From a virus, in IMG/VR virus record IMGVR_UViG_3300033149_003115, positions 49,898 through 113,897 of that record: a stretch of 64,000 bases of DNA. The stretch is one strand, 5' to 3'. The notes under the pieces were generated by a model, which saw nothing but the letters and a program-made list of their open reading frames with translations, searched no databases and was not told the DNA's origin. The first letter of the stretch is position 1. Each line of letters starts with the position of its first letter. A program made the translations under genes and the position numbers. Positions 9,381 to 19,171 of the stretch are shown piece by piece.

Positions 9381-10277
9381 ATGAGTGATGGATATAGTAG
9401 GTTATGGGAAGAGAAGGGTGATGAGTGGGAGATCCTGTATCTAAGCCCTGATGAGATCAAGGGGATATCCCAGTACAATGCTAGGAAGACATTCCCTGAT
9501 AAGGAGCTAGAGGAGCTGGTGATCTCTCTGAGAGAAGCTGGTATTAACACCAGACCTATCATCCTGGACCAGCACAATGAGGTGGTGGAGGGTGGTAGAA
9601 GATATCAAGCAGCTCTCAAAGCTGGGCTAGAGAAGGTCTTCTGTCTTAGAAAGACCATGACACCTCTGGAGGCTAAAGTAAGATCCTTCATAGAGAACGA
9701 GCTATCATATGACATGACTGAAAGAGACAGATATCTCTTTGCTAAGGATCTGGTTGAGAAAGAGGGGATCAAGCCAGAGGACATAGCTTTCATAGTGGGA
9801 AGATCACATAGCACTGTTAGAGAATGGTTAGCCTATGAGAAATACCCAAAGGTGCTCTCAGAATCTGATGCCAGGGATGTGTATGATACTCAGTCAGCTA
9901 GAAAGAGAAAGATCCTGAGGGTCACTATAGATAACCCAGCCTTCCAGGATGATCCAGAGGCTGCTCTCAAGCTAGCAAAACATCTGGACAAGATCAGGCA
10001 TAGGACACTGGACGATATTAAGCAGGATGTCAAGGAGGGAGTCTTCAACTCTCATGCATCAGAGAAGGTGGATAGGATAGTGAGGAGGGAGGAAGAGCTC
10101 TCATCACACCCTGAGAAGTTTAGGCTTAGACATCTAAGGGTCCCTAGAGAGCTGGACAGGAGGCTGATCAAGGTATTCAAGTTTGATTATCCCAAGGATC
10201 CAGTGGAGGATGCTATAGTGAAGATCCTGGAGGACTATGTGAATACAAGAGAAAAAGAGCTGGGGTTTGTACGATGA
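9381..10277 (+). CDS. ParB/Spo0J-family protein
   Basis: NARKTF, PIIL, VVEGGRRYQA, SFIENE, HTH IAFIVGRSHSTVREWL. Confidence 0.88.
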   Translation: MSDGYSRLWEEKGDEWEILYLSPDEIKGISQYNARKTFPDKELEELVISLREAGINTRPIILDQHNEVVEGGRRYQAALKAGLEKVFCLRKTMTPLEAKVRSFIENELSYDMTERDRYLFAKDLVEKEGIKPEDIAFIVGRSHSTVREWLAYEKYPKVLSESDARDVYDTQSARKRKILRVTIDNPAFQDDPEAALKLAKHLDKIRHRTLDDIKQDVKEGVFNSHASEKVDRIVRREEELSSHPEKFRLRHLRVPRELDRRLIKVFKFDYPKDPVEDAIVKILEDYVNTREKELGFVR

Positions 10278-10489
10278 GGGTAGTGATAATCTTTGACACA
10301 ACTGAACCATCATTTGAAGCTGAAGTGTTCCATGATGGGGTCAAGAAGAAGAACCTTAGTAACCTGTTCTTGTTACTAAGACCCACTCAGCTTCCCATAT
10401 ATGAGACCTTCCAGAACATCCTATTTTATGATATTTTAGAAAAAGGGATCAATGCTGTTAAGAAAGAAAGAGTGGTAGAGGAGCTATAG
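10274..10489 (+). CDS. small protein with C-terminal tag (RVVEEL)
   Basis: ATGA overlap with ParB stop; abuts polB start. Confidence 0.65.
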   Translation: MRVVIIFDTTEPSFEAEVFHDGVKKKNLSNLFLLLRPTQLPIYETFQNILFYDILEKGINAVKKERVVEEL

Positions 10490-13078
10490 ATGAGGCTCTG
10501 CCTGACCAATATAGACTACAAGATAGAGGACAATGCTCCAGTTGTTTACATGTTTGTGAGGGACATAGAGGGGAATAGGTACATCATTAGAGACAATAGC
10601 TTTGAGCCTTATTTCTATATTAGAGAGAAAGACTACAATGTCTTGAGACTGGATGACAAGAGGAGAGGGTGCATTAAGAGAGTTGAGAAGGGGAACTTCA
10701 AGCTCTTAAGGGCTAGTAGAAGAGGAGTGAAGATAGTAACTTATTTACCTGGTCAGGTCAGGGAGCTCAGGAACTGGTTACACTCTATGAGGGATAGGAG
10801 GGAGCATCCCAGAGGGATAGAGACGTATGAAGCTGATGTGTTGTTTGTCTATAGATACCTTATAGATAGGAAGATCATCAATGGGGTGGAGATAGATGAC
10901 AAGTATTTCAGGATATGTAAAGACCTTGGATATATCCCCTGGAGTGATGAATATTGTGGACCAGCAAATGTTGAGTTCTCCAGGGTTAGATGTTTGTTTA
11001 TAGATATTGAGGTCACAGACGGGATCCCCAAAGAGGGGTACACATCCCCAGTGACCGTGATAGGGACTTATGACTCTTTCACCAGACAATACCATGTGTT
11101 CTATTGGAGGGGATCCCATTATTCTATCTCATCTGATCATATCATATACAGCAGATCAGAGGATGGCATGTTTGTTAGGTTCTTGGAGTATGTTAGCAAG
11201 ATAAACCCAGATCTTATCCTCTCCTTTACCAAGTTTGACATGTTGTATCTTATCAAGAGGATGAGAAAGATCAGGCTAGATCCCTCAGTGTTATCTCAGA
11301 TAGGGACAGTGAAGTGTTATGACAAGATGGAGAGAGTGAGCATAGGTGGTGTTGAGTACATAGACCTGGGACAGGTGTACAAGAAGGTGGTGAGAGGACA
11401 GAAATGGGAGACTCTGGATGCTATCTCTAACAGGGAGCTAGGGTATGGTAAGAAGAGGCTAAGCAAGGGTGATATATACTCTACCTGGATACATGATTAT
11501 AGGAGTGTGTTACTCTATAACCTCAGAGATGTGTTCTTGATCAAGAAGCTAGATGAAAAGCTTGATCTTGTGGATTACTTGGATGTTATCAGGAGAATAG
11601 TGGGGTGTAGGTTCAATGATGCTATGTTTGCAGCTAGAGTGGCTGATATCCTCTACCTGAGGTTGCTAAATGGGAAGCTAGCCTTGTTCTCTAGACCTAT
11701 GGAGAGAGCTAAAAGAGGGTACCTGGGAGCAATGGTGTACACAGCTAAGAAAGGTATTTACGATCATGTTGTGTGTCTGGACTATAGGTCATTGTACCCC
11801 TCTATCATCAGGGCTTACAACATTGGCTATAACACCTATGATCCGATAGCTGGGGATATAGTGATAGCTGAGAACTACAAGTACAGGAGTGATGTCCAGA
11901 GCTGGACTGTTAAGATATTAAATGATCTAAGTCCTCTCCTGGATGAGAACAAGAGAGAGATAGAGAAAGCTAAGAAGGCTAAGGACTTTGCTGAGGTTAA
12001 GAGACTAAAGAGAAGACGTATGGCTCTGAAGTCTATTGTAAATGGTATCTATGGCTTCTATGGGTATGCAGGGAACCCAGATGAGCATCACCCAGCTGCT
12101 AGGTTATATTCATCCGACATAGCAGAGTCTATCACAGTAGCAGCTAGGAAGCTACTAGAGAAGACATGGAGCATAGTCGGGGATCTGGGGTATGAAATGG
12201 TGTACTCTGACACAGACTCAGTATTTGTCAAGCTAAAGGGGACTGATAACTACATGGATGAGAGCATGGAGCTTAAAGACAAGATAGAATCCAGGTTGTG
12301 GAGCTATATCAGGGAAAGATGGAGGATAGACCCTTCTAACTTCATACTAGACCTGGAGGATGTCTATAAGAAATTTGTGATATTGACTAAGAAGAGATAT
12401 AGTGCTCTGACCATAGATGGGGATAGAATAAACAAGGGACTGGAGATAGTCAGGAGGGATCAATCAGATCTGACGGTGGAGACCCAGAAGGGGTTACTGG
12501 ATCTGATCCTTAAGGATGCTCCAGTATCCAGGATTAGGGAGTTTGTCAAGGGACAGATAAGGAAGCTAGACACTGAGCCATTGGAAAGGGTGGGGATAGC
12601 TGCTATGCTTCAACAGAGGAGGGACAGCTACACCAGTGCAGTTATCCATCTCAAGGCATTTGAATTTGCTAATCAGGTGTTGAAGCTCGATCTAGAGGAG
12701 GGTGAGAGGTTCTATTATATCTTCATCAAGCCATACAAGCTAAAGAGAGTGAGGATAAGGATCAGGCTGAGCAGCCCAGTCATGAGCTCTCAGGGAGAGA
12801 TCTATGATGTGGTGAGCGATGAGGGCAAAGGGTACCAGAATAAGAAGATAGCTCACATCACCAGGGACATTATCAGTGATGTGGCTGGGTTCAGATCATC
12901 ATCTGATCTTGAGAGAGCTCCTGGGATAGTTGTGGACAAGGAGAGGTTATTGGATCGTACTATAAAGAGCAAAGTGGAGGATCTCCTAGATCTGGTGGGT
13001 TTATCATGGAGTGAGATATTAGATGAGACAAGGAACCAAAAGAGATCAAGGCTTGACTACTATTTCTCATCAAGCTAA
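10490..13078 (+). CDS. polB: family B DNA polymerase
   Basis: Exo motifs FIDIE and YNLRD; DYRSLYPSII, KSIVNGIYG, YSDTDS, KKRY; C-terminal PIP-like RSRLDYYF. Confidence 0.97.
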   Translation: MRLCLTNIDYKIEDNAPVVYMFVRDIEGNRYIIRDNSFEPYFYIREKDYNVLRLDDKRRGCIKRVEKGNFKLLRASRRGVKIVTYLPGQVRELRNWLHSMRDRREHPRGIETYEADVLFVYRYLIDRKIINGVEIDDKYFRICKDLGYIPWSDEYCGPANVEFSRVRCLFIDIEVTDGIPKEGYTSPVTVIGTYDSFTRQYHVFYWRGSHYSISSDHIIYSRSEDGMFVRFLEYVSKINPDLILSFTKFDMLYLIKRMRKIRLDPSVLSQIGTVKCYDKMERVSIGGVEYIDLGQVYKKVVRGQKWETLDAISNRELGYGKKRLSKGDIYSTWIHDYRSVLLYNLRDVFLIKKLDEKLDLVDYLDVIRRIVGCRFNDAMFAARVADILYLRLLNGKLALFSRPMERAKRGYLGAMVYTAKKGIYDHVVCLDYRSLYPSIIRAYNIGYNTYDPIAGDIVIAENYKYRSDVQSWTVKILNDLSPLLDENKREIEKAKKAKDFAEVKRLKRRRMALKSIVNGIYGFYGYAGNPDEHHPAARLYSSDIAESITVAARKLLEKTWSIVGDLGYEMVYSDTDSVFVKLKGTDNYMDESMELKDKIESRLWSYIRERWRIDPSNFILDLEDVYKKFVILTKKRYSALTIDGDRINKGLEIVRRDQSDLTVETQKGLLDLILKDAPVSRIREFVKGQIRKLDTEPLERVGIAAMLQQRRDSYTSAVIHLKAFEFANQVLKLDLEEGERFYYIFIKPYKLKRVRIRIRLSSPVMSSQGEIYDVVSDEGKGYQNKKIAHITRDIISDVAGFRSSSDLERAPGIVVDKERLLDRTIKSKVEDLLDLVGLSWSEILDETRNQKRSRLDYYFSSS

Positions 13079-13088
13079 TCCTAACATA

Positions 13089-13289
13089 GTGATCACATAT
13101 CTTGATCTTGATGACTATCCACACCCTAAGCTTGATCTATCACCACCATACACTTACTCGTTAATATCTTATTGTTATGAGTGTAAAAAGAAGTTCAAGC
13201 CTAATGATAAGATTATATGGTATAGAGATTTTAAAGACATCTATAGACCCTACTGCTCTATGAGATGTCTAGTCAAGCATATTCTTTAA
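13089..13289 (+). CDS. MYM/TRASH-type Zn-finger protein (ends LVKHIL)
   Basis: CYEC...YCSMRC; start uncertain. Confidence 0.6.
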   Translation: MITYLDLDDYPHPKLDLSPPYTYSLISYCYECKKKFKPNDKIIWYRDFKDIYRPYCSMRCLVKHIL

Positions 13290-13343
13290 AGCTAAGGATA
13301 TATTCCTCTTTTCTTATTTTAGATCACACTAGAGGAGAATAAT

Positions 13344-13529
13344 ATGCCTAAACCCTTGTATAAATATTCTATGTGGTTATGTCCTCAATGTGGTAAAGAG
13401 CTAAGTGTCTCTAGTGTCAAGTATCATAAAATAGACAATGGTGTGTTCAAGAGTGATAAGGTGATAATAGAGACTACTTATGAGTGTAAAGTATGTGGGT
13501 GGTCTTACTGGGAATCAGAGGAGGTATAG
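13344..13529 (+). CDS. Zn-ribbon protein
   Basis: CPQC...CKVC; GAGGAG RBS. Confidence 0.7.
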   Translation: MPKPLYKYSMWLCPQCGKELSVSSVKYHKIDNGVFKSDKVIIETTYECKVCGWSYWESEEV

Positions 13530-13531
13530 AC

Positions 13532-13870
13532 ATGGAGACCAGGGTTCTTCTTAAGGAGTACTTTAAGGATAAGATAGTGAAGGATAAGAAATGTCCTTAT
13601 TGTGACCAAGTGTCATTAGTCTTACAAAGGGATGTTGACTACCACACATTACGTTCTTACTACTGGTGTACTGAGTGTGGATTTGCTATAAGCTCTTACT
13701 TATTAGATAACCCTGAACATGCTGAGGATGCTTTGAAAGTAGCTGTGGAATGGTATAACGAGCTATTGGAGAAAAAGAAGGGGTTAGAAAGAAGCTTAGG
13801 GTATGTAACTGACAGGCTAAGGAGAGCTGGTAAGAAGGTACTGAGATCAGTGGTGATCGATGAGCTATGA
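13532..13870 (+). CDS. Zn-ribbon plus coiled-coil protein with C-terminal tag (VVIDEL)
   Basis: CPYC...CTEC; ATG 13532 after GGAGGT. Confidence 0.7.
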   Translation: METRVLLKEYFKDKIVKDKKCPYCDQVSLVLQRDVDYHTLRSYYWCTECGFAISSYLLDNPEHAEDALKVAVEWYNELLEKKKGLERSLGYVTDRLRRAGKKVLRSVVIDEL

Positions 13871-14076
13871 CCAGGTGCGAGTCCTGTGGATCTTTCTTTA
13901 ATGGGAGGGGATCCAACAATCTATGCTTAAGGTGCTTCCTGAAGGTTCTGGAACATTTCCCATTCTTGAAACATCTGTTGTACTCATCTGATGAGCTCTT
14001 TGATCTATACTTTACCACTTATTATGATGAGCCAGTTGACAAGATCAGAAAAATGATAATAGCTGAAATACTGTAG
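13867..14076 (+). CDS. small Zn-finger protein with C-terminal tag (IIAEIL)
   Basis: CESC...CLRC; ATGA overlap. Confidence 0.65.
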   Translation: MTRCESCGSFFNGRGSNNLCLRCFLKVLEHFPFLKHLLYSSDELFDLYFTTYYDEPVDKIRKMIIAEIL

Positions 14077-14134
14077 TAAAGATATATTAAGGGTATGTAA
14101 GTTAGAGATTAGGTGTAGGAGTTGATCTTTAGCT

Positions 14135-15208
14135 ATGGATGATGTTGTTAGAGAGATAAAAAAGAGATACTGGAAAGAAATAAGTAAGAAGGCTAATGTG
14201 AATAGTTTTAGTGGTAAGCTGAGACCACGTGAGAGGAATAATAAAACAATTCCTAACACCAGAGTGTTTAGAGTGTATGTGGAAAAGAAAGAGCCTCTAG
14301 ATAAGCTTAGAACTAAGGACATAATACCTGAGAGACTTTCACTTGGGTCTGATGAGATAGAGGTGGATGTTGTTCCCATTGGTCGTATTAGGTACATGGA
14401 TGAGCCTGAAGAGGGGGGTACTAAGCCAGAGGATCATCAAAAGAGACACAGACCCATACTAGCTGGTGTTTCTTGTACTCATTTTCAGTCTCCAGCCTGT
14501 ACTTTGAACTGGTTCTTTAAGAGGAAGGTGAGAGACTCTTCCACTGGACCTATATACCAGATATTAATAGCTGGGAATAACCACTGCTTTGGAAGAGAGA
14601 ATGATGCCAGAGTGGGTGATCCCATACTACAACCATCTCCAAATGATAAAGGGGACTATGCTAAAGATCAGGTAGGATCTTTCCTCTTCAATGTAGAGAC
14701 TAAGTTTGCTAGCTTCAAGTGTCCTGCTAGGAACTCATTGTATAAGGTGTATAGAGGACTTTATCACTTAGCTCACCTTAGACCTTTAGAGCCTGTGAAT
14801 AAAGTGGACATAGCTTTTGCTATACCAAATGACAACATCGAGATCGAGTACAGGATCCTGGGGATAGATGGGAGGGTTATAAAGACATCTAGAGAGCATC
14901 ATGAGAACACTTTTGTGTATAAGAGTGGGAGGACTTCTGGGGTCACTAGCTTCACTATTATAGATAATACCTGGAATGGATATGTTGAGGGTAGAAGAGG
15001 GAAGGCATATTACGAGGATTGTGTACTATGCTATGGAGTGTGTAAGGGAGGGGATAGTGGTAGCCCAGTGGTTAGCAAGGTCAGTGTAGGAGGAACCCCA
15101 GCTCTGATGTATCATGGAGCCTTGTTTGCAGGATCACAGACTCACATGGTGTATTGTAAGGTGGAGAACATAGAGAAGGAGGCAGGTGTGAGGGCTATCA
15201 CTTATTAG
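14135..15208 (+). CDS. trypsin-like (S1, Nal1-like) serine protease with N-terminal prodomain
   Basis: RPILAGVS, NNHC (His), VDIAFA (Asp), KSGRTSG, GGDSGSPV (Ser). Confidence 0.85.
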   Translation: MDDVVREIKKRYWKEISKKANVNSFSGKLRPRERNNKTIPNTRVFRVYVEKKEPLDKLRTKDIIPERLSLGSDEIEVDVVPIGRIRYMDEPEEGGTKPEDHQKRHRPILAGVSCTHFQSPACTLNWFFKRKVRDSSTGPIYQILIAGNNHCFGRENDARVGDPILQPSPNDKGDYAKDQVGSFLFNVETKFASFKCPARNSLYKVYRGLYHLAHLRPLEPVNKVDIAFAIPNDNIEIEYRILGIDGRVIKTSREHHENTFVYKSGRTSGVTSFTIIDNTWNGYVEGRRGKAYYEDCVLCYGVCKGGDSGSPVVSKVSVGGTPALMYHGALFAGSQTHMVYCKVENIEKEAGVRAITY

Positions 15209-15255
15209 AAAGTGATAAATAGTCGTGAGAGGGATAGAATAAAGAGGAGATTGAC

Positions 15256-15471
15256 ATGAGTGAAGAGGTTATTGAGGAAAAGAGCAAAGCTGACATGATT
15301 ATAGAGACAATATCCAAGTCCACTGGTGCTGTGGTGGTGTTTTGCTATCTAGTGACCATATTCGCTGTCTTGCTAGGACTGGGGTATATTGATCAGTCTC
15401 TATTCAAAGAGCTAGTATTGAGTGGAGCATTGGTCTCAGCTGTTCTTAGACTCTTAAAGAATGAAAAGTGA
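15256..15471 (+). CDS. small two-TM membrane protein (holin-like)
   Basis: Two hydrophobic segments, charged termini. Confidence 0.55.
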   Translation: MSEEVIEEKSKADMIIETISKSTGAVVVFCYLVTIFAVLLGLGYIDQSLFKELVLSGALVSAVLRLLKNEK

Positions 15472-15478
15472 TAGGTAA

Positions 15479-16873
15479 ATGAGGATAACACGTAGAAAGC
15501 TAGCTCCTCCAGAGGAAAAAGAGCATAGTGTGATGGAGCTAGTCAGATCAGCTAATGCCAGGGACAGAGCCCTGATGTGGACTCAGCTAGAGGAGAGAAT
15601 AAAGTCAACAGTCTCCAGCTCTCAGCTAGAGACTCTTTTTCACTCTGATGGGTTAACCTTCAGAGAGGTGTATGATTATGTTGATTTCATAGTGGGACCA
15701 GGGTTCTACTTTGAAGGTGATCCCAAGCTGGTGAGGATATGTGATGAATGGAGTGATCTTGTGAGGCTTAAGAGAATACTGGAGGAGTGTGTCAAGGACA
15801 TACTGGTGGGAGGAGCTGGTAATGCATGGGTGGAGCTAGGATACAATGAGAGAGGGAGTGATATCCTAGCTCTCAGGATTCTTAACCCTAAGACGATGGA
15901 CTATATCAGGGATGATGCTAGTAAGAATGTCCTGATAGATGATGATGGTGAGCCACTGGGGTATAGGAGGATCAAGGATCAGATAAATGAGATGGAGTGG
16001 AGGAAAGACAGGATCACCAGAGATGGTGGTGTCATTTGGAGAGCTCCTCCAGGTCAGGATGGTAGGGACAGAATAGCTCATTTCAAGCTATTTGGGATAG
16101 GGGAGTCCTACCTGGGACAATCACCCCTGGAGACAGCTTACAAGCAGGCTATTATCAGGCTTAACCTCGAGGATAATGTCGGAGAGGGAGGGTACAGATC
16201 AGGAGGCATTGTAGCTTATGTTGGCAATGAGAAGTTCCCAAAGCCTTCTCCTAATATCATAGACAAGATAGTGGAGGATCTGAGAAATGTCACCACCCAG
16301 TCAGTGTTTGGGTTTCCTCACTTTGTCAAGCTGGATAGGCTACCATCCCCTGATCTGAGTGGTAGGGATGAGCTAATATTGTACTTTGCATCTATACAGT
16401 CCATAGCTATGGGGATACCCATCACCAGACATCTACACACCACATCTGGGAGGTTAGCTGCTAAGGTGTCAGCTGATATGAACCTGGACTTTGAGCAGCG
16501 TATAGCCTCTTTACAAGATAGACTGGCTGAGCAGGTGAGGGAGAAGCTGTTGTTTAGAATGTTGAAAGCTAGGAGACTAGTGAGCAAGTATAACGAGGTA
16601 CCCAAGATGATATTTAGGAGCAAAGCTCCACATCTATTGGAGAAGCTAGTGAACATGTTGTCCAGGCTTGGAAGGAGAGACCTGGTACGTAGAGATCCAG
16701 AGCTAGAGAAGAGAGTGAGAGAGGAACTTGGACTACCAACATCCTTCGTGGATAAGGAGCTGGAGGACTGGAGAGCTAGGGGATCAACCCCAAGATCCTC
16801 AAAAGGCAAGCAGGACATTGATGTTGATGAGATAGCTGAGGCAGTCATTGAGCATTTAGAAGAGTCTGAGTAG
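15479..16873 (+). CDS. portal protein
   Basis: GNAWVEL...LNPKTM, IAHFKL...YLGQSPLE pattern typical of HK97-class portals; 464 aa. Confidence 0.8.
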   Translation: MRITRRKLAPPEEKEHSVMELVRSANARDRALMWTQLEERIKSTVSSSQLETLFHSDGLTFREVYDYVDFIVGPGFYFEGDPKLVRICDEWSDLVRLKRILEECVKDILVGGAGNAWVELGYNERGSDILALRILNPKTMDYIRDDASKNVLIDDDGEPLGYRRIKDQINEMEWRKDRITRDGGVIWRAPPGQDGRDRIAHFKLFGIGESYLGQSPLETAYKQAIIRLNLEDNVGEGGYRSGGIVAYVGNEKFPKPSPNIIDKIVEDLRNVTTQSVFGFPHFVKLDRLPSPDLSGRDELILYFASIQSIAMGIPITRHLHTTSGRLAAKVSADMNLDFEQRIASLQDRLAEQVREKLLFRMLKARRLVSKYNEVPKMIFRSKAPHLLEKLVNMLSRLGRRDLVRRDPELEKRVREELGLPTSFVDKELEDWRARGSTPRSSKGKQDIDVDEIAEAVIEHLEESE

Positions 16874-16875
16874 GG

Positions 16876-17055
16876 ATGAGCAAGCTTGACTGTTGCTACT
16901 GTCACAAGCCTATTCAGGACAACAAGAGGTACTTTGTGTTGATACTAAGACAGAAGGGGACCTATGGCAACGAGCTTAGACTGAACTTTTGTAGCTTCAA
17001 GTGCTTGGAACATGTTATTAACAACCCAGCTGTCATCATCACTGAGATCCTCTAA
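16876..17055 (+). CDS. small MYM/TRASH-type Zn finger with C-terminal tag (VIITEIL); absent from the ORF track
   Basis: MSKLDCCYCHKPIQDNKRYFVLILRQKGTYGNELRLNFCSFKCLEHVINNPAVIITEIL, 59 aa. Confidence 0.75.
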   Translation: MSKLDCCYCHKPIQDNKRYFVLILRQKGTYGNELRLNFCSFKCLEHVINNPAVIITEIL

Positions 17056-17070
17056 GAGGAGAGTGTCTTT

Positions 17071-19158
17071 ATGCGTTATGTGAGAAAGAGAGATGGTAAG
17101 CTAGAGTCCTTTGATAAGGAGAGGATATGTAAAGCTATTTGGAAGGCTAGTGAAGCTGTGGGTAACCCCAGTAAGGACTTTGCTTATCAGCTAGGAGATC
17201 AAGTGGTTAAAGAGCTAGAGTCCAGGTTCGGGAATGATGGAGTACCAACAGTGGAGGAGATACAGGACACTGTAGAGAGGGTACTAATTAGACGTAATTT
17301 GAGAAGGATGGCTAAGGCTTATATTCTGTATAGAGAGCAACATAAGGAGCTTAGAGATCTAGCTTCATCTCTAAATGGTATAGACTTAATTGATAGCTAT
17401 CTTAGAAAGCTTGATTGGAAGGTCAATGAGAATAGTAATATGACATATAGTCTACAAGGACTAAACAACTATATCTCAACAGAGATCACTAAGACATATT
17501 GGTTAAACAGAATATACCCAGAGAGTATTAGACAAGCTCATTTATCAGGTGATTTTCATATACATAATTTAAATCTAATTAGTGTTTATTGTGTTGGGTT
17601 TGATCTGTATGATGTGTTATTGACTGGGTTTAAAGGAGCTGTTGATAAGATATCATCTTCTCCAGCTAAACATTTTAGATCAGCTTTAGGACAGATAGTC
17701 AACTTCATGTATACTCTTCAAGGAGAAGCAGCTGGAGCTATAGCCTTTAGTAATATTGACACTTTGTTGTCACCATTTATCAAATATGATAAGCTAACCT
17801 ATAAACAAGTGGAACAATCATTACAAGAGTTCATGTATAATATGAATGTACCAACTAGAGTGGGTTTCCAAACTCCATTCACTAATATAACCTTGGATCT
17901 GGTGGTTCCTCCATACTTTAAGAACTCTCCTTCTCTTATAGGGGGTAAAGCTAATGGTGAAGTATATGGTGAGCTCCAGAATGAGGTAACTTTATTCAAT
18001 AAAGCATTATTTTCATTATATTATAAGGGAGACAGCTCAGGTAGACCTTTTACTTTCCCTATACCCACTTATAACATATCTAAGTCCTTTAGATGGGATA
18101 ATGAGGACTTAGAAGGACTATGGGCTGTTACAGCTAAATATGGAGTTCCATACTTTGCTAATTTTGTTAGCTCTGATATGAAGCTAGAAGATTCTCGTTC
18201 TATGTGCTGTCGCCTTAGACTTGATCTTAGTAAGCTAGAGAAGAAGGGAGGAGGCTACTTTGGAGCTAACTCTCTCACTGGATCCATTGGAGTAGTCACC
18301 CTTAATCTACCTAGACTAGGGTATACTTCTAAAAATGAGGATGAATTTGTAGAAAAGCTACTAGAACTTGCTAGCTTGGCTAAGGATAGCTTGGAGATTA
18401 AACGTAAAGCTCTGGAGAGATTTACAAAGTATAATCTTTATCCATATACTAAGTTCTACTTAAGATCAGTAAAAGAGAGATTTGGTAAGTACTGGCAGAA
18501 TCACTTTAGTACTATAGGACTAGTTGGGATGAATGAAGCTCTGTTGAACTTGATGAATGTTGATATAGGGACTAAGGAAGGAGTTAAATTCACTATTAAG
18601 ATATTGAAGATATTAAGAGAAGAGCTTGTAAAATATCAGGAGAAGACTGGTAATTACTATAACTTGGAAGCTACCCCAGCTGAGTCCACTTGTTATAGGC
18701 TAGCTATATTGGATAGAGAGAAATTTGGTGATTGTTATTTTGCTAATGGTAAAGGACATGAAGCTAAAGATCCATTCTATACTAACTCCACTCAGCTACC
18801 AGTCAACTACACCGATGATATCTTTGAAGCATTAGAGCTACAAAATGAGATACAATCACTTTATACTGGTGGTACAGTGATGCATCTATTCCTGGGGGAA
18901 CAAATACGTGATCATAATATGGTCAAGAAATTGATTAAAAGAGTATGTAATAATTATAAAATACCATATTTGACCATCACTCCCACATTCTCAGTGTGTT
19001 CTAATCATGGGTATATTAATGGAGAAGTGTCTAAGTGTCCTAAATGTGGTAAACAAACAGAGATATACTCAAGAGTGGTAGGGTACTTGAGACCAGTGTC
19101 ACAATGGAATAGAGGTAAGCAAGCTGAGTTCAAGCTACGTAAGACCTTCAGGGTATAA
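17071..19158 (+). CDS. nrdD: anaerobic (class III) ribonucleoside-triphosphate reductase with ATP-cone
   Basis: VRKRDG ATP-cone, RSMCCRL, EATPAES, C-terminal Zn motif and YSRVVGYLRP glycyl-radical site. Confidence 0.97.
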   Translation: MRYVRKRDGKLESFDKERICKAIWKASEAVGNPSKDFAYQLGDQVVKELESRFGNDGVPTVEEIQDTVERVLIRRNLRRMAKAYILYREQHKELRDLASSLNGIDLIDSYLRKLDWKVNENSNMTYSLQGLNNYISTEITKTYWLNRIYPESIRQAHLSGDFHIHNLNLISVYCVGFDLYDVLLTGFKGAVDKISSSPAKHFRSALGQIVNFMYTLQGEAAGAIAFSNIDTLLSPFIKYDKLTYKQVEQSLQEFMYNMNVPTRVGFQTPFTNITLDLVVPPYFKNSPSLIGGKANGEVYGELQNEVTLFNKALFSLYYKGDSSGRPFTFPIPTYNISKSFRWDNEDLEGLWAVTAKYGVPYFANFVSSDMKLEDSRSMCCRLRLDLSKLEKKGGGYFGANSLTGSIGVVTLNLPRLGYTSKNEDEFVEKLLELASLAKDSLEIKRKALERFTKYNLYPYTKFYLRSVKERFGKYWQNHFSTIGLVGMNEALLNLMNVDIGTKEGVKFTIKILKILREELVKYQEKTGNYYNLEATPAESTCYRLAILDREKFGDCYFANGKGHEAKDPFYTNSTQLPVNYTDDIFEALELQNEIQSLYTGGTVMHLFLGEQIRDHNMVKKLIKRVCNNYKIPYLTITPTFSVCSNHGYINGEVSKCPKCGKQTEIYSRVVGYLRPVSQWNRGKQAEFKLRKTFRV

Positions 19159-19171
19159 GGGATAACATGGG

